64,000 nt of DNA from Eledone cirrhosa (taxonomy: Eukaryota): NCBI GenBank assembly GCA_964016885.1, contig OZ024743.1, forward strand, positions 28,086,001 through 28,150,000. The letters run 5' to 3'. Of the stretch, positions 1 through 14,740 are shown piece by piece. A program made the position numbers and the translations under genes. Position 1 is the stretch's first letter. The number at the start of each line of letters is the position of its first letter. The notes beneath the pieces were generated by a model. That model made no database searches. It was given only the letters and a program-made list of their open reading frames with translations, and was not told where the DNA came from.

Positions 1-800
<800 letters not shown>

Positions 801-1286
801 CGCGCGCACATATAGGCCTTTATGTATGTAGACATATATGCATTCATGCATATATATGTATGGATATGTGTGGCGCGTGGGGCGTATGGAAGTGTTACTT
901 TATAATAATGTCTATGTATATAGGAATGTATATGTAAATTCGTGCATAAATTTGTGTATGTCTAGGTAAATAGATTTTGGTATTTACATGGAGTAAATCA
1001 GAGAGTGTGTTTTGAATATCAATATTACAGCATGGTAATTTCGAAGAGATTGTTGTACGTTTCAGAATGTTTAAAACTTTTGCTATGTATAGCTCAGCAG
1101 TTTTAAGTTCTATATAGGCTGGGGAGAGATTTAGCTCAAAACTATGTTTTTGAGTCACTCTTGTAAATTTTCAGTTAACGTTTAATATATATACTCAGCT
1201 TCATGTATTGAGTTTCTTCAGTTTGTACCATCAAACTTACATATATCTAGATATCTAGATACACACACACACACACACACACACAT

Positions 1287-1324
<38 letters not shown>

Positions 1325-1364
1325 GATATTAAACAAATGGAAACTATATTTATAAAACCATATT

Positions 1365-1430
1365 TATTTCGTTATATATATTTCCGGGATATCACATTAA
1401 AAATATGGTATGCCTTCCTCAGACAAAATA
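1365..1430 (-). ncRNA. Hammerhead ribozyme, family A (inverted pLTR copy)
   Basis: Reverse complement of 4367-4432. Confidence 0.8.
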
Positions 1431-1555
1431 CAATATATAAGCCGTTTTATAAATAATTTTGACATACCCTAGAATAATGCAACTTCCATTTAAAAAGTTG
1501 ATTTGGTAGTGAAACTGTTGAGGACAGTTATAGAGAAAGAAAGACGACACCTGGC

Positions 1556-3079
1556 TTGACCTTGTGGAAGGGAACTGGGAAGGTCATTGAGTGGTTTAAT
1601 GAAATTAAATATAACAATAATAATAAATTTATTCAACTAGATATTGCTAACTACTATTCATCCATTACCCCTAATCTACTAAATAAGGCACTAAATTACG
1701 CATTCAAACATACAGACCTAACTACCAATGAAATGCACATTATATTATCGGCTAGGAAAACATGGATAGAATTTAATAACCAACTATGGACTAGGGCAGA
1801 TAGAGATAATAATTTCGACATTACTATGGGATCATCAGACTCAGCTCAGGTAACGGACCTTATGGGCCTATTTATAATTAATTCGCTGCATAGGAAAATA
1901 CCCGGTGTTACCGGAGGTTTATATAGAGATGACATGCTTTTACTTATTGAAAATAATAACTCTGAACTAAATAGAAAAAGAAAACAAATTATACAATTTT
2001 TTAATTACCTTAATCTAAAAATAGAAATTGAGAATAACCATAGAATAGTCAATTTCCTAGACGTAACATTAAATCTCAACCCATGTCTTCACTATCCATT
2101 TCACAAGTTAAATGAAAACTTGAATTATGTCAATTTTAGCTCCAATCACCCCAGATCTGTCAAAAATACTATAGTGAACTCTGTTCAAAAACGTATCTCT
2201 AGAATCTCTTCCAATAAAAATATTTTTGACGAAAAAGCCCAGTATTACAATGAAGCGTTAGCTAGAGCAGGATATAGTGATAAAATTATGTACATCGATA
2301 ATAGACAAACTAACCAAAATAACAACAATTTTAATTACGGCAACAACTTTAACAACTATAATAGAAAGCACTACAATAATTCCAAAAACGAGAAAAGAAA
2401 TAGAACTAGAAATATAATATGGTTTGCCCCCCCCCCCCTTTCTCACTAAACATTAAAACCCACATCGCTAAACTATTTTTTAATGCTCTTGACAAACGCT
2501 TCCCTAGAACACATAAGTATCACTCAATTTTCAATAGACATACTATAAAATTAACATACTCGTCCACCAAAAATTTAGCACAAAATATTAATAGAATAAA
2601 TAATAGGAATCTAAAACCTAGCCAAAATACCGAAAATAGCCTAAACAACTGTAACTGTAGAGATAGATCTAAATGTCCGCTAAATAACAATTCCTTAGTT
2701 AAAAATATAATATACAACTGTAATGTTAAAACTGACTTAAATTCTTTTAATTATGTTGGTTCCACCTCGACAGAATTTAAACTTCGCTATAATAATCACA
2801 AAAATTCTTTCACGATTTCCAAATAAAAAATCTTCAACATCACTATCAGGCTTACTCTGGCAACTTAAACATGATAAAGTTGGATATTCGATGGTTTGGA
2901 ATATAGTATCAAAAGGCATTCCTTTTAATTCCTCTTCTGAGACATGTGACCTCTGCGCGGAGGAGATATTCTTTATACTGAAATCTAAAAATTCCCTTAA
3001 TTTACGAACCAATTTATTCAGCTGCTGCAGACATAGATTGAACTCAACTTTTAAATATAAATATAAATTTAAAATGTAG
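1556..3079 (+). pseudogene. PLE reverse transcriptase + GIY-YIG endonuclease, frameshifted (~2430, ~2815) and 5'-truncated
   Basis: DIANYYSSI, FDITMGSSDS, GLYRDD, NFLDVTLN, SNHP; linker CNCRDRSKC (CxCx5C); IIY..YVG..RYNNH; CDLC..E; CCRH. Confidence 0.9.
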
Positions 3080-4366
3080 TATAAAATGTAGTATATTTAC
3101 TTAAGATATTTAACTATTTATGAAACTTGGCGATAAATCTTTCGATTCCTTCAATTTTTTTTTTTTTTTTTTTTAAACCTTTCTGCATGAATATATAATT
3201 AATGAGATTAATTAAACTACCCTTGTTGGCGATGTTCCAAATCTTTTGAATAAATTTTTAAGCTAGATAAACTTCTATAATAAATATAAGAGCATTTGTA
3301 GAATAAGTTTTGAATGATTTCTGCTAAATAAGGTTTGTTGAACAATTTGGGTTTTTGTTTGCTTTTGATTCTGATTGCTTCTAATGAACTTGACAACATA
3401 TTGTCAAATAAATTGGAAGGGTGGTTTTATGTGACTGATATGCGTGGCATACTATGTTCTCTTACGTCCCTAGATACTCTGTGGAGTGACGAAGATATTC
3501 TTGGCGTTTTTAATTTTTAATATTGATATCTGTTGTCTAATTTTTAATATTGATATCTGTTGTCTATTCTATTCTTGATCGATAATCATGTAAGTGAGGG
3601 CAGGAATATTACTATAAATGTTAATGTATATTTTATGTCTATATATATGTATGTACATATATGTATGGTGGAATCTTTTGTAACACAATGAAGATTTTCA
3701 TGAAAAATAAGAATCTGCGGAGCATATCACGTAAGTTCACATGTGTGTCTATAATTATCAACTTGAATTTGAGATAACCTTCTCTTTTCTCTTTTTTCTT
3801 TTTTCATGAGAATGCATATATACTTATGTTTGAGGTTTTGTCTCAGATTTTGCTTATAGACCTAAGAATTTTTAAACTAAGCATGGGGTCATTTTTTTCA
3901 CACATTATGGATATGTGTCTCATTCATGAATATTGATATTTACATTATAATACCTAATTCATAAAAATTGATAATTCAAATGGATGAGACATAATATATT
4001 TTAAATATATCATCTTTCTTTCTTTTTCTCCTCTACACTGGACGTGATTTATCTGTCGGCTATTTTAACTGTATCCCTTCCCTCCTTAACCTCTCACTTG
4101 TACGATGATCATCTGTCCCCAAGCTGCCTACTATTTTTTCACTTCCTCAATATATTTCTCTCTCCCATATCTCCTTCTCTCTCTATCTCGCTCTGTTGTT
4201 TTTCTTTACATACATATCTTCATCTTCTTCTTTTTATCTTCGTTTTTCTTCGTCTTTCTTTCTCTATAACTGTCCTCAACAGTTTCACTACCAAATCAAC
4301 TTTTTAAATGGAAGTTGCATTATTCTAGGGTATGTCAAAATTATTTATAAAACGGCTTATATATTG

Positions 4367-4432
4367 TATTTTGTCTGAGGAAGGCATACCATATTTTTAA
4401 TGTGATATCCCGGAAATATATATAACGAAATA
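4367..4432 (+). ncRNA. Type I hammerhead ribozyme in PLE pLTR, family A
   Basis: tattttgt-CTGAGGA-stem II-GAA-ATATATAT (palindromic stem III)-A-acgaaata (pairs stem I); predicted cleavage after 4424. Confidence 0.8.
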
Positions 4433-4560
4433 AATATGGTTTTATAAATATAGTTTCCATTTGTTTAATATCGTAAACCTACTCCAAAAACTGTTGAGTG
4501 CTTTTATATCAGTTATAAAATATTTACTCGTTGTAACACAACAATTTTAAATAAAACTTT

Positions 4561-4598
<38 letters not shown>

Positions 4599-4606
4599 GT
4601 AATATT

Positions 4607-4795
4607 AATTGTTTCTACTTTTAGCACAAGGCCAGCAATTATTCCAGTGAATTACTGGTACTTTATTTTATCGACTCCGTAAGGATGAAAGGCAAAGTTA
4701 ACCTCGGCGGGATTTGAATTCAGACCATAAAGGGGAGTAACTCTATGCTGCAAAGCATGGCGTCGGACTCTCTACCGATACTGTTAACACACTCA
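4607..4795 (-). mobile_element. tRNA-derived SINE (window's dominant SINE family)
   Basis: Reverse complement of the 13048/59985 copies; B-box and ctttcatccttacgg..tcgataaaataaagtaccag core. Confidence 0.85.
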
Positions 4796-5281
4796 TTGAT
4801 ATAGTAATATCAATGAAAGTAAATTTTACTCAATTACTAGGTGCATTTTAGCTCAATGCAATGATAGGATCATGTAGAGACATTATATATTTAACATTTG
4901 CTTACAAAAAGAAAATTAAAAGCTCAAGTCATTTAATCACTGACAATTGTTTCTTCCCACAGTTATATACGACAGATAGCATTTATTTTATTTAACATTC
5001 TGCCATCAGTTAGCATAGACTATGGGTATCATTAGATTATAATTATATACACCAATACAAATATCTCAAGAAAGAAAAATAAACAGATAATATCTATCAC
5101 TTATCAAAATATCAAAATAAATCACAATTAAAAAAGGTTATAGTTCAAAAAGTATGGCGTTATTTGTGTTAAAAGTTATTTGGAAGTGGTAGTTTTCTTA
5201 TGATGAATTGGAAAAATATCATAGTTCAAAAAGTATAGTGTCAGTTGTATTAAAAGTTATATTTATATATATATATATATA

Positions 5282-6875
5282 CAGTGGCGTAGCTAGGGTA
5301 AACGGTGCCCAGGGCAAGCCCCCCCCCCTAAAAATTCAAGATCCACAAAGACGAAATTGCGGTAGAATTTATAATAAAAAAACAAAAAACGGTTACTTTT
5401 CGGGCTTTTAATGAGGCAAACTGGTTGATAATTTCCTCGAAATCAGTTCGTTCAAACTGTTCGATTTCTACACTCAAAAGGGCGAGGTCAGTCAGCCGTT
5501 GTTGGCCCATTGAGGTTTGCAAATATGAATATATTAGCTGCAGCTTGCTGAACGACCTCTCGTAACTGGCAATTGAAATAGAAATCGTCAACATTATTTG
5601 AATGCTGATTCGCAAATTGGGAAAAAACACATTCATCGCCGTATTGTATGATGAATTGGAGAAGTGCCTCCGGCTTTAAAATTGGGTCAGCTGTCCTAGT
5701 AGCCAGCAAAGATCGGCAGTCCAAGATTTCCTCATACAATTGCTCTCCGTCGATGTCGGAGTTGTATAGTTCGGCAAGACTGAGGCACCTTTGTTTAAGG
5801 ACAAGGTTATCAGGAGCAGCCAAATAAAACAGATAGTTGACATCAAGAAGAAAGCCAAAACTTGAGTCGGTTTCCTTAAGTCGAATAAACGGTTCTTCCA
5901 TTTCTGTTTGAAGACGATTGAGTGAAACCTTGCATTGCTCTCTCTATCTCTTTTCTGGCAGCCACCTCGAGGTCCTCAGTAATTTCGGTATTGGTTTGTC
6001 GTCTTCCTCGCCTCCTCGGAAAATCGACATTCCATTTCTGGCAGAGGTCGAAGCCCATTTCAAAAGACTCGTGGATTAAGGGTGTTCTTTCTTCTTTAAA
6101 ATAAAGTTGAAGAGCTCCTATATCAGCTGAAGCATCGTGAAAATTCATTCTTGGATCTTAAAGTCTCTTTTGAACCCGGTCAATTCGTGAGAGAATCGTC
6201 TTCCAGAATCCAATCAAGTTCAGGAATTAATAACTCAGTATCCGATTATGGAGATTACTGGCATCACTTCTACTCTCGCATGTCTCTGTTTCATCATCAC
6301 TAATTTTTTCGAGAACTTGAACAATCAGCGTCAAATAATTCGCAACCGGTCTGACTGCGGTACATCTAGCACTCCACCGCGTGTCGGAAGGATATTTAAC
6401 AACCACTGGCGCAACTTCTTTAATGGCTTCCCATCGTCGTGTTGAACGAGAAAAAAAGTTGTATAACGAGTCAATGCAACTGAAGAAGTTCATCATAGCA
6501 GAATCGTTTTTGGCTGCATGAAGACCAGCCAGATTAAGTGAATGGTTATCGCAATTAACGAAGTGAATCAAATTATTCTTCTCTCTCATTCTCTGCTGAA
6601 CCCCACTGCGGTGCCCAGCCATTATGGCAGCATTGTCGTAGCACTGCGATCAACAGTTCTGCAGTGGTAGGTCATCTTTTTCTAGCTCTTTCACGATTGT
6701 TTCAACAAGGCTTGCTGCATATTCTTTGATTACTTGAATGAATCCAAGAAAAGATTCCCTCACAACGACTGTCTTCATATTGAAATCAACATCGACATAC
6801 CGCACAGCTTTTGACAGTTGTTCTCGGTGCGCCTGGTCAGGGGTCGAATCAATCAACAGACCATAGTATCTTTTA
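5282..6875 (-). mobile_element. hAT DNA transposon relic (Tip100/ZMYM1-like transposase); right TIR present, 5' part lost
   Basis: Terminal cagtggcgtagctagg at 5282; motifs IDSTPDQAHREQLS, YDNAAIMAG, CDNHSLNL, TRWSAR, ERSFSKL..TSMGQQRL; stops and frameshifts. Confidence 0.9.
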
Positions 6876-7741
6876 TTAATATATGAAACCTGTCGATAAA
6901 TCATTAGATTCCTTCATATTTTTTGACTGATTATACACTCAAGTAAAAATAACTTTTCTTCCTAAATATAAATAAATATAAATATAATAAACTATTCTAG
7001 AGAAATATATTGAGAGCTCTTGAAAGGAGAAAATATTTCCTATTTCTTATTTTTTTTATTTGTTTATTGTTTTCTTATTGTTCTGACAGCTTCTCCTATT
7101 TTCGAATGTTTATCCTTTCAAAATTTTGAGTTGATACGTAAGATAAATTTCTATACTAAATCTATTAAACATACTATTATTTTGAAATTATAACTTAAAA
7201 TGTTCTATAATATTTTAAAATTGTATTGCTTTTAAAGTTATATTGCTTATAATTATATTTCCAAAATGTAATATAATCCTTTTGTATTTTATGTACTCAA
7301 TTATACTATGTACTGTATTGATATATACTTCTCTCTATATGTGAGTATATATGTATATGTGTGTATTGACATACATGTACATATGTTATATAAATATATA
7401 TATATGTATGTATGTATGCATTTATGTATGTATGTTTTGGTTGCCGACTCTGTGCAAGACATTTTAGATCATTGGCTGGGCTAAAAAGCCGCATTCGATC
7501 GCAGCGATGTTAGTTGCTATCGTGTGTGTGTATAGATATGTTTATGTGTGTGCGTTTGTGTGTATGTGTGTATATATATATGTATATTATTATTGTTGCT
7601 GTTGTCGTTATTATTATTGTTGTTATTATTATTATTATTATTGTTATTAATATATATGTATGTGTGTATATGTATGTATATATATATATATTTTTTTTCC
7701 TTATGCAATGGCCATACTCGATAACCAGGGGGCAGCCATCA

Positions 7742-7780
<39 letters not shown>

Positions 7781-9129
7781 ATCTTTGTGTGTGCGTGTAT
7801 AATACGGTGTTTCATATTTATAGGGAAACATTTATTTTGAGGGAATAACCTCATGTCGGTTGCGCCCTCTACAGACGAAAATATGTGGAGATACTAATAT
7901 ATTTAGGGGTAGTACATAACACCCTCTCTGACATTAATATAGTTCATAATGGAGATAATTCATTCTAGACTCTGATTGTTATTCTACTATTATTGACGTG
8001 TCAAACATTTATCAGAACATCTTTTTCTTTCTCTCTTGTAACTTTCTATCAAATAGCAGTTTACTGCATCCTACTTACCGTTATCTTAGAAGTCTATCTA
8101 AATTCTATTAAGCTCCGATAATAATTTTAATGTGTTTCTATATTTGCCGAATAAGCAAAGTGTTTTACTGAGCGAACAGCATCTGATACCAATCAACAAA
8201 AATTGACAATTTTACCACACAATCACATATAGCATCTAAAAAAACAAACAATAGCTGTCTTGAATCTAATGTACGTTGATACAAATATGTGTACATGTAC
8301 GAACATATGCACACAAACACACATACATCCATGTACGCAATTATTGCATATTATAAACCTGACATGTTTTCGATCGATTTTGATAAAAGGTCATTATGAT
8401 AATACCCTAGAGCTGATTTTTATATGTTATATATTATAAGATTTGAAGAGTAGAGGGCGATTGACAGCCAGTCACGTTTGTGATACAGTTTCATCACAGA
8501 CTTCTCTGAAGCAGCGCGTCAATTTAAGAAAATGATTGCAGCATATAATAGCATTTATCACCCATTTTGTCACTAACACAAACAATCTAGATGATCGCCA
8601 TCTGCAACTACGTCAGCAGACGTTACATTATCCGTTCTGTAGAAAGAGAGAGGAGGACAACGTAACATACAGCTACTTGTGAATGAAAAAGTTTGAATAA
8701 CAGTCTCTATGTGCATCTCATTGTACGCAACATATTCAATCCTCACACAAATTAATTAAAGTTTTGAGATAAGGCACTGGGTCCAATATCATTGACTAAA
8801 ACCTTTGTAAACTGTACGTTAGAATGTCGGCAATCCTATGACTAAATCACGTACAGTACCAAAAACATTTCTGTACGTAGACATGGTCGGATACATGTGT
8901 ATATTTGTATATAAATTTTGTTGTGTGCTCTAGCACGTCTCTCATTATGTCATATTGGAGCAAAATTTGACAAGTATATATTTATCCTTTTTTAATATTT
9001 CCATCATTGTATAACTTTTGTTCAATAAATACAAGGTTTTTCTAACAGCAAAAAAAAAGAAGAAAAAGAAATAGACTGAAATGGTTTCAGATATATCAGA
9101 GGTTTGTGGGAAACGCATCCGCATGTATT

Positions 9130-9510
9130 CATTTGCATGCATTCATTTGCATGCGGTGAGCTCGTCGAATGTGACAGTCGTTGTCAGACGGATGTGAAGT
9201 GATGTACTAATTAATCGTCATGTTTCATTTCGTCCGATAATACCAACAAGGATCTGAAGATCCTAAGTACAATGATAACTGGGGATGAGACATGATTATA
9301 GGAGTACAACCCGAAAACCAAAGCTCAGTCATCACAAGGAAGCATACAATGTGTTACCAAGGCCTCCCCAATCACGTCAGGTACGGAGCAATGTCAAGAT
9401 TATGTTGACCGTTTTCTTTAGCCGTAGAGGCGTTGTGTGATCACGAATACACACTACAAGAACAAACAGTTCAAAAGAAATAATATCAAGAAGTTCTCCA
9501 GCGTCTTCGT
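9130..9510 (+). mobile_element. Mariner transposase fragment (decayed)
   Basis: ITGDET*LxEYNPKTKAQSSQ and VKIMLTVF-like motifs. Confidence 0.7.
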
Positions 9511-10039
9511 GATGCAGTCCGGATCTGTAAACCTCGCAAAACTTGCTGACAACACCTCTGTTTACTGGTCGCAGCTGATCCCAGGTTTTTGGCAAATAAA
9601 GGCATTTTACTCCCTTGCCAGTCTCCTTACACTCCAGACATGGCTCCTTCTGAGACCTGGCTACTTCCAATACTGATGATGCTACTGAAAGGCTCACGTT
9701 TTTATAGATGATAGCACATAAGGCGAACTGTGCTGACAGAACTGTGAGCCATTCCAAAAGACATATTCCAGACATGTTTCGAAGGATGGCTGAGCAATGT
9801 GTTTGCTGATACATGGTTCTACTTCGTTGGGGAATAGCAAATCAATCCCACCAAATATGTAATTTCTTTTCACAGCCTAAAATCGGATACATTTCGAAAA
9901 ACGACACCATGATTTATATGATAAACGTAACTTGTTATTTATGTTATCATTTTATATTTGCTGTTTCCCTTACATTTGATAAGCATGGGGATAATTTATA
10001 GACTAAAACAAATACAATAAATATTAAGGAATAATTCGC

Positions 10040-10061
10040 GTATGTGTGTGTGTATGTGTGT

Positions 10062-10122
<61 letters not shown>

Positions 10123-10485
10123 TGTGAGTGAGTGTGTGAGCTGTATGTGTGTGAGTGTGTGAGTGTATGTGTGTGTGTGTATAGGTGTGTAAGTATATGT
10201 GTGTGTGTGAGTGTATTTGTGTGTGTGTGTCAGTGCATGAATGTATGTGTGTGAGTGTATGTGTGTGCGTGAGTGTATGTGTGTGTGAGTGTGTGTGCGC
10301 GTGTGTGAGTGTATGTATATGTGTGTATGTGTGTGCGTGAGTGTATGTGTGTATGAGTGTGTGTATGTGTCTGTGTGAGTGTATGTGTGTGCGTATGTGC
10401 GTGAGTATGTGTGAGTGTATTTGTGTGTGTTAGTGTAGTGTGAGTGTGTATGAATGTGTGTGTGTGTTGTGTGTGTATGTGTGCG
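10040..10485. repeat. Compound (TG)n microsatellite with GA/TA interruptions
   Basis: Direct reading. Confidence 0.95.
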
Positions 10486-11009
10486 GTCAATTGTTTATTA
10501 GAATTTGCTCTAAGACGAGTAAATTTGATTTTTTTTTTTTTTAAATAGACTTTCAGTTTTCTTGGTAGTTTTTTCTAAGAAGTGTAAAATTGCGAATTAA
10601 CTACTAGTTCAACTATAATTTCGATGATTAGATTTTTACATTCCTAAAATGAAGTTTTCTCGAAAATTTCATATTTGCTGAGAACGGAATGAAATGGAAA
10701 AATACGCAAAATAATAAATATCATTCGTAGATTTTGAGAAATAGTTTTATCTGCTTATGATAAGATATTTAAATGATTTCATGATTGGTTATTTTAAAAT
10801 GAGATACATGTTTTAGAAATATATATTTACGAATATTAATTTTTCACATCAGCATAAAGCTATAAAATTGTGTGGAATAAGTAGAGATAACTGACCGCCA
10901 CCCGTGGCTGTCCTAATCAGTCGTTCGGTTTAACGAACTAACCTAGTTCTTTGGTGTCTTTAGTGGTCTCTTTTGATATAACGATATATTAATACCCTAC
11001 CTCTTCTTG

Positions 11010-11150
11010 CTGGCGATGAATTGGCAAAGTCGCCAGAGAGTTGTATATCTTACTTTATGTTATGGCTTTTTTTCAATCTGAGTCCAAATCATACTGACGT
11101 CGTCTTTGCCTTTCATACTTCCGGGACTGATAAATAAAATAACAGCCAGT
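11010..11150 (+). mobile_element. Diverged SINE copy
   Basis: tggcaaagtcg...ctgagtccaaatc...ctttgcctttcatacttccgggactgataaataaaa. Confidence 0.6.
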
Positions 11151-11362
11151 CTTTGTATTTGATTCTTGTCTCCTCCTTTCCCCCCACTTCCCTCAGAATT
11201 GGTATTTTACACCACAGGGAGGATTATGTGTGACCACACGTGGCTTCAGAAATGCAGAAATGTTAAAGAAAGGGCTAGCAACATTTTCTCATAAAACATA
11301 TGATAAGGGAAGTATATAAAGACAGTTTTATGTTGATTACAATATACAACGGTAATCAGTCT

Positions 11363-11575
11363 TTTCTATTTCTAATATTGGCACAAGTTCAATAATTCAA
11401 GGGGAGGGGAAAGTCAATCGCATTAACACAGTACTTAAATGTTACATTGTTTTATTGACCTCGGAAGAGATGAAAGGCAAACATGATCTCGGCGGAATTT
11501 GAACTCAAAATATAGAAAGTCCTGACCTGAAAGCATTGTCCGATGTTATACTGATATTACTAACCCACTGCCCAA
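11363..11575 (-). mobile_element. Diverged SINE copy
   Basis: gatgaaaggcaaa...ctcggcggaatttgaactca. Confidence 0.7.
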
Positions 11576-11639
11576 TATACACACAAAGGAAATAATCTAT
11601 TAATATATAATACCTTTGTGTTTTTGTCCGTCACAAGAG

Positions 11640-11742
11640 ATGACTGACGAAGGAACGGGTGATGACAAACTGAGAAAGGTAGGGGTGATAACATCGACTG
11701 GCGAAGAAAGGGGTGATAACGTCGACTGAGAAAGGAAGGGCT
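11640..11742. repeat. Degenerate ~28-30 bp minisatellite, about 3.5 units
   Basis: Repeated gactg...gaa...ggggtgataac.tc. Confidence 0.7.
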
Positions 11743-13047
11743 AAACGTTCGATATTCGCTACATCTGTGTGTCTATATGTATAGCGATTTGGCTACACAC
11801 ATTGGATGTTATGATTATGTGTGTGTTTGTGTGTGTGTATATGTGTTTGTGTGAATTATATTTATATATATAATATTTGTGTTTCTGTGTGTTTATTTAG
11901 AAAGATACATAGACAATAGAATTATAAATACACACGAATCTACACACACATGTATATAAACAGACACACTTAGAAAAAAATAATTATTACTCACATACAT
12001 CTATGTGATGACTGAGTAAGTGGGAGGGAGAAACTATAGAAGTCCAACGTTCTAAGATTTGTCACAGCTCTGTGTGGATAAATGTAGTGATTTGGCTACA
12101 CACATTGACTCTATGTTTGTATCGCTGTGTGAGCGAACGCGAAGGAACCACCCAACCAAACAAACAAACATCTCTTTTTTATATTATGTATACATATTAC
12201 AATTAGTCAACCTTTTTGACGGCCCGGGGCCACCTAATGAATAATAAAGCTTCTTATTGCAATAAACATACATTACTCAACTTTTGGGTGTGCTTACCTT
12301 GAGCACACCCATCCTGAAAGGTCTGGTTTCGGTAATGTCTACTATATCTATTTCTATGGGCATGAGGTCTCGTTTATGCCTGGGACTATTCAGATTGTTT
12401 TCTTACCCATTGAAAAAGAACTTTTCCGGCCACCGTTAACCAATATTTTTGATGTACTTTACACACCATTTAGGATTCGTATATCCTCTTCTTTCTACAG
12501 TAACAAAACAGATATCTAATTCTAGCGGCGAATATCGACCACGCTCACACTTTTACTCACCGGTCCAAGATTGGATGGCTGCTGAATTCGCCACCACATT
12601 TGTGCTTTTAATGTTTTTCTCAATATATATATATTCTCTAAAAGCATAATTTTAAAGGAGTGAGAAAAAGAAATTAACCTACAGCGCATTTGTGTCGTAC
12701 TCGTTCGGCAATAAATTGAAAAATAAAACTTTAAAATAAAATCCTGAAAAGCAATGTCATAACAAATTTCCTTTTACTTATAAAGGAAAATAAAATACGT
12801 GGAATGTAGTTCAGATAAAAATGGTTGATATCATTTGAACGCTCTGAATATGGAGATCTTCCAAGTGTTTTTCAATGTTTCGGGAATGTTTCAAAAATGT
12901 TATTATCAACATCACTTTAATTTTTATAAGCTATCAAAGTTAGCATTAAGAATCTTACCAGAGCCCTATAAATTGGTATTCAAATAAGTTAAAAGAAAAG
13001 AGAAATCTGTAAAAACAATCTACAAATTTAGCCGACATTATATATGA

Positions 13048-13229
13048 ATTGGCAGTATCGGTAGAGGGTTGGACTCCATCCTTTCTAGCATAGTTACGTC
13101 CCTTTACGGTCTGAGTTCAAATCCCGTTGAGGTTAACTTTGCCTTTCATCCTTACGGGGGTCGATAAAATAAAGTACCAGTAATGTACTGGGTAATTGCT
13201 GGCCTTGTACCAAAAGTAGAAACAATTAT
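13048..13229 (+). mobile_element. tRNA-derived SINE
   Basis: A-box tggcagtatcgg, B-box gagttcaaatcc, conserved core, 3' end agtagaaacaattat. Confidence 0.9.
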
Positions 13230-13259
13230 ATAATTCTTAACAAGAACACTTTTAATTTT

Positions 13260-14330
13260 GTAAAAGTAGAGCAATATCGCCCACACACTCAACATTCAAC
13301 AACTCATTTAAGGATAGAATCTTCAGTAAGCCATCGAAGATCCTTGTATATAAGAAGTCCTGTCTACATAGAATTTACTTCGTTCAGTAAATTCTGAAAT
13401 TATCCATTTTAAAGCACGTGTAGATATATTATAGTTACCCTGCTTACACCTTTTAACCCATAATACAATGAATGCTATTTCCCACCATGAAAACAAATTT
13501 ACAAAGCTGGCTTCTATACCAGTCATGCTGTGCACACCGGCGTTTGCCGCATAAATTATCTTTGAAAGATCAATCCCTCGATTTCCAAATTCATGGTCTA
13601 ATGCATTACATATTTCAGCCACTGTAGTATACTGATGTAACATTATAAAGTACTTCGATAGGGCGGTGGATTGGCAGTAGAGCGTCTAAGGCCATGCTTT
13701 GCAGCATAGAGTTACGGCTCTTTATGATCTGAGCTCAAATCCCGCCGAGGTTAACTTTGCCTTTTATCCTTACGGCGTCGATAAAATAAAGTAGCAGTCA
13801 CGCACTGGGGTCGATTTAATCGATTTTCCCCTCCCCCCAAAATTACTGGCCTTGTGCCTATATAAGAAACCATTATAAAGTACTTCGATATTTTATCACG
13901 TTCACAAACTCGAGCAATAATAGCTATTCTAGCAGATTGTATAACATCCATGTTCTATTCTAAAGATATGGAAAAGAATTTACATAAACCATTAACTGTT
14001 TTCAGCTTTTCAGATATGTTTGTTTCCATTGTAATATTCAATATTTCGTTCTATTTCTACTCACTTGCAAATCACTAATGCGCAGAACATTTGTTACTTT
14101 CCATAGAAAAATATATTTAAAAGTAAAGAACATTGTAGATCTGCTACTTTAATATATCATCATCACTATTTGGTTTACTATGCTGAGTAATAATCTTTGA
14201 AATGTTAAAACCAGCAGCTAGTTGCCTAAGACTAACTGGAACAAACTTTTTCAAAACATTTGTCGGTAGATTATTTTATAAACCAGTAATATTACGTATT
14301 GAGAGATTTTACTGAGAACAAAGTCAATAC
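13260..14330 (-). mobile_element. Highly decayed hAT (Charlie/SPIN-like) transposase, interrupted by a SINE
   Basis: Degenerate FSISLExNMDVIQSARIAIIAR (cf. FSLALDESTD..AQLAIF) and IDLSKII..AxAGVHSMTG...FVNL (cf. ATDGAPSMxG). Confidence 0.6.
13661..13876 (+). mobile_element. tRNA-derived SINE
   Basis: ggcggtggattggcagtag...gagctcaaatcccgccgagg...gtcgataaaataaagta; flanked by repeated ttataaagtacttcgata (probable TSD). Confidence 0.9.
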
Positions 14331-14405
14331 ATTAATCCGCACCTTTCATAAACACTGCTAGATAAGTTTTCTCTGATGAATTTTAAATAAAATATTCTAT
14401 TACAA

Positions 14406-14449
<44 letters not shown>

Positions 14450-14740
14450 TGTTGACAGAAAATTGTTCTGTTAAAATCACCAAATTACAAAGTGAAGGAG
14501 ATGGAATGATAAACGTGTCCACAAAGAAAAATAACTCATTTTGTTTTTATAATAGATACAATCCACATCATTCCACGTATAACTACAATCATGAACTCTC
14601 TCTCTTCTACTTCTAATCATAGAAAAGTTACGATAATAGTTCAATTATAATCCATTAGTATGCAAGTATGATCTACAAAAGTATTCCTTCTTATGCTCTC
14701 GGAAGAATTATGCTGTCATGGATAACCATATCAAATTTGA
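14331..14740 (+). repeat. Copy 1 of a ~380-410 bp dispersed direct duplication
   Basis: Colinear with 17456-17833. Confidence 0.85.

Larger units (their letters stand above)
1322..4563 (+). mobile_element. 5'-truncated Penelope-like element (probably Hydra-type clade) with inverted 5' pLTR segment, inserted in (TA)n
   Basis: RT and GIY-YIG ORFs; 1322-1547 is the reverse complement of 4250-4475; (TA)n on both flanks; HHR in the pLTR. Confidence 0.9.

Noticed and set aside
8440-8660. Possible minus-strand exon after a ctctctttctacag acceptor
   Set aside because: All frames close within 21 codons and there is no convincing donor
9377-9814. 145-aa minus-strand ORF
   Set aside because: No recognisable motif and it partly overlaps the antisense of a mariner fossil
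11640-11742. Spaced repeats resembling a CRISPR array or an HHR (CTGACGA)
   Set aside because: Degenerate minisatellite without unique spacers; eukaryotic context; no ribozyme stems
13048-13130. SINE heads as tRNA genes
   Set aside because: A/B boxes are present but there is no cloverleaf, and they are followed by the repeat core in about ten copies
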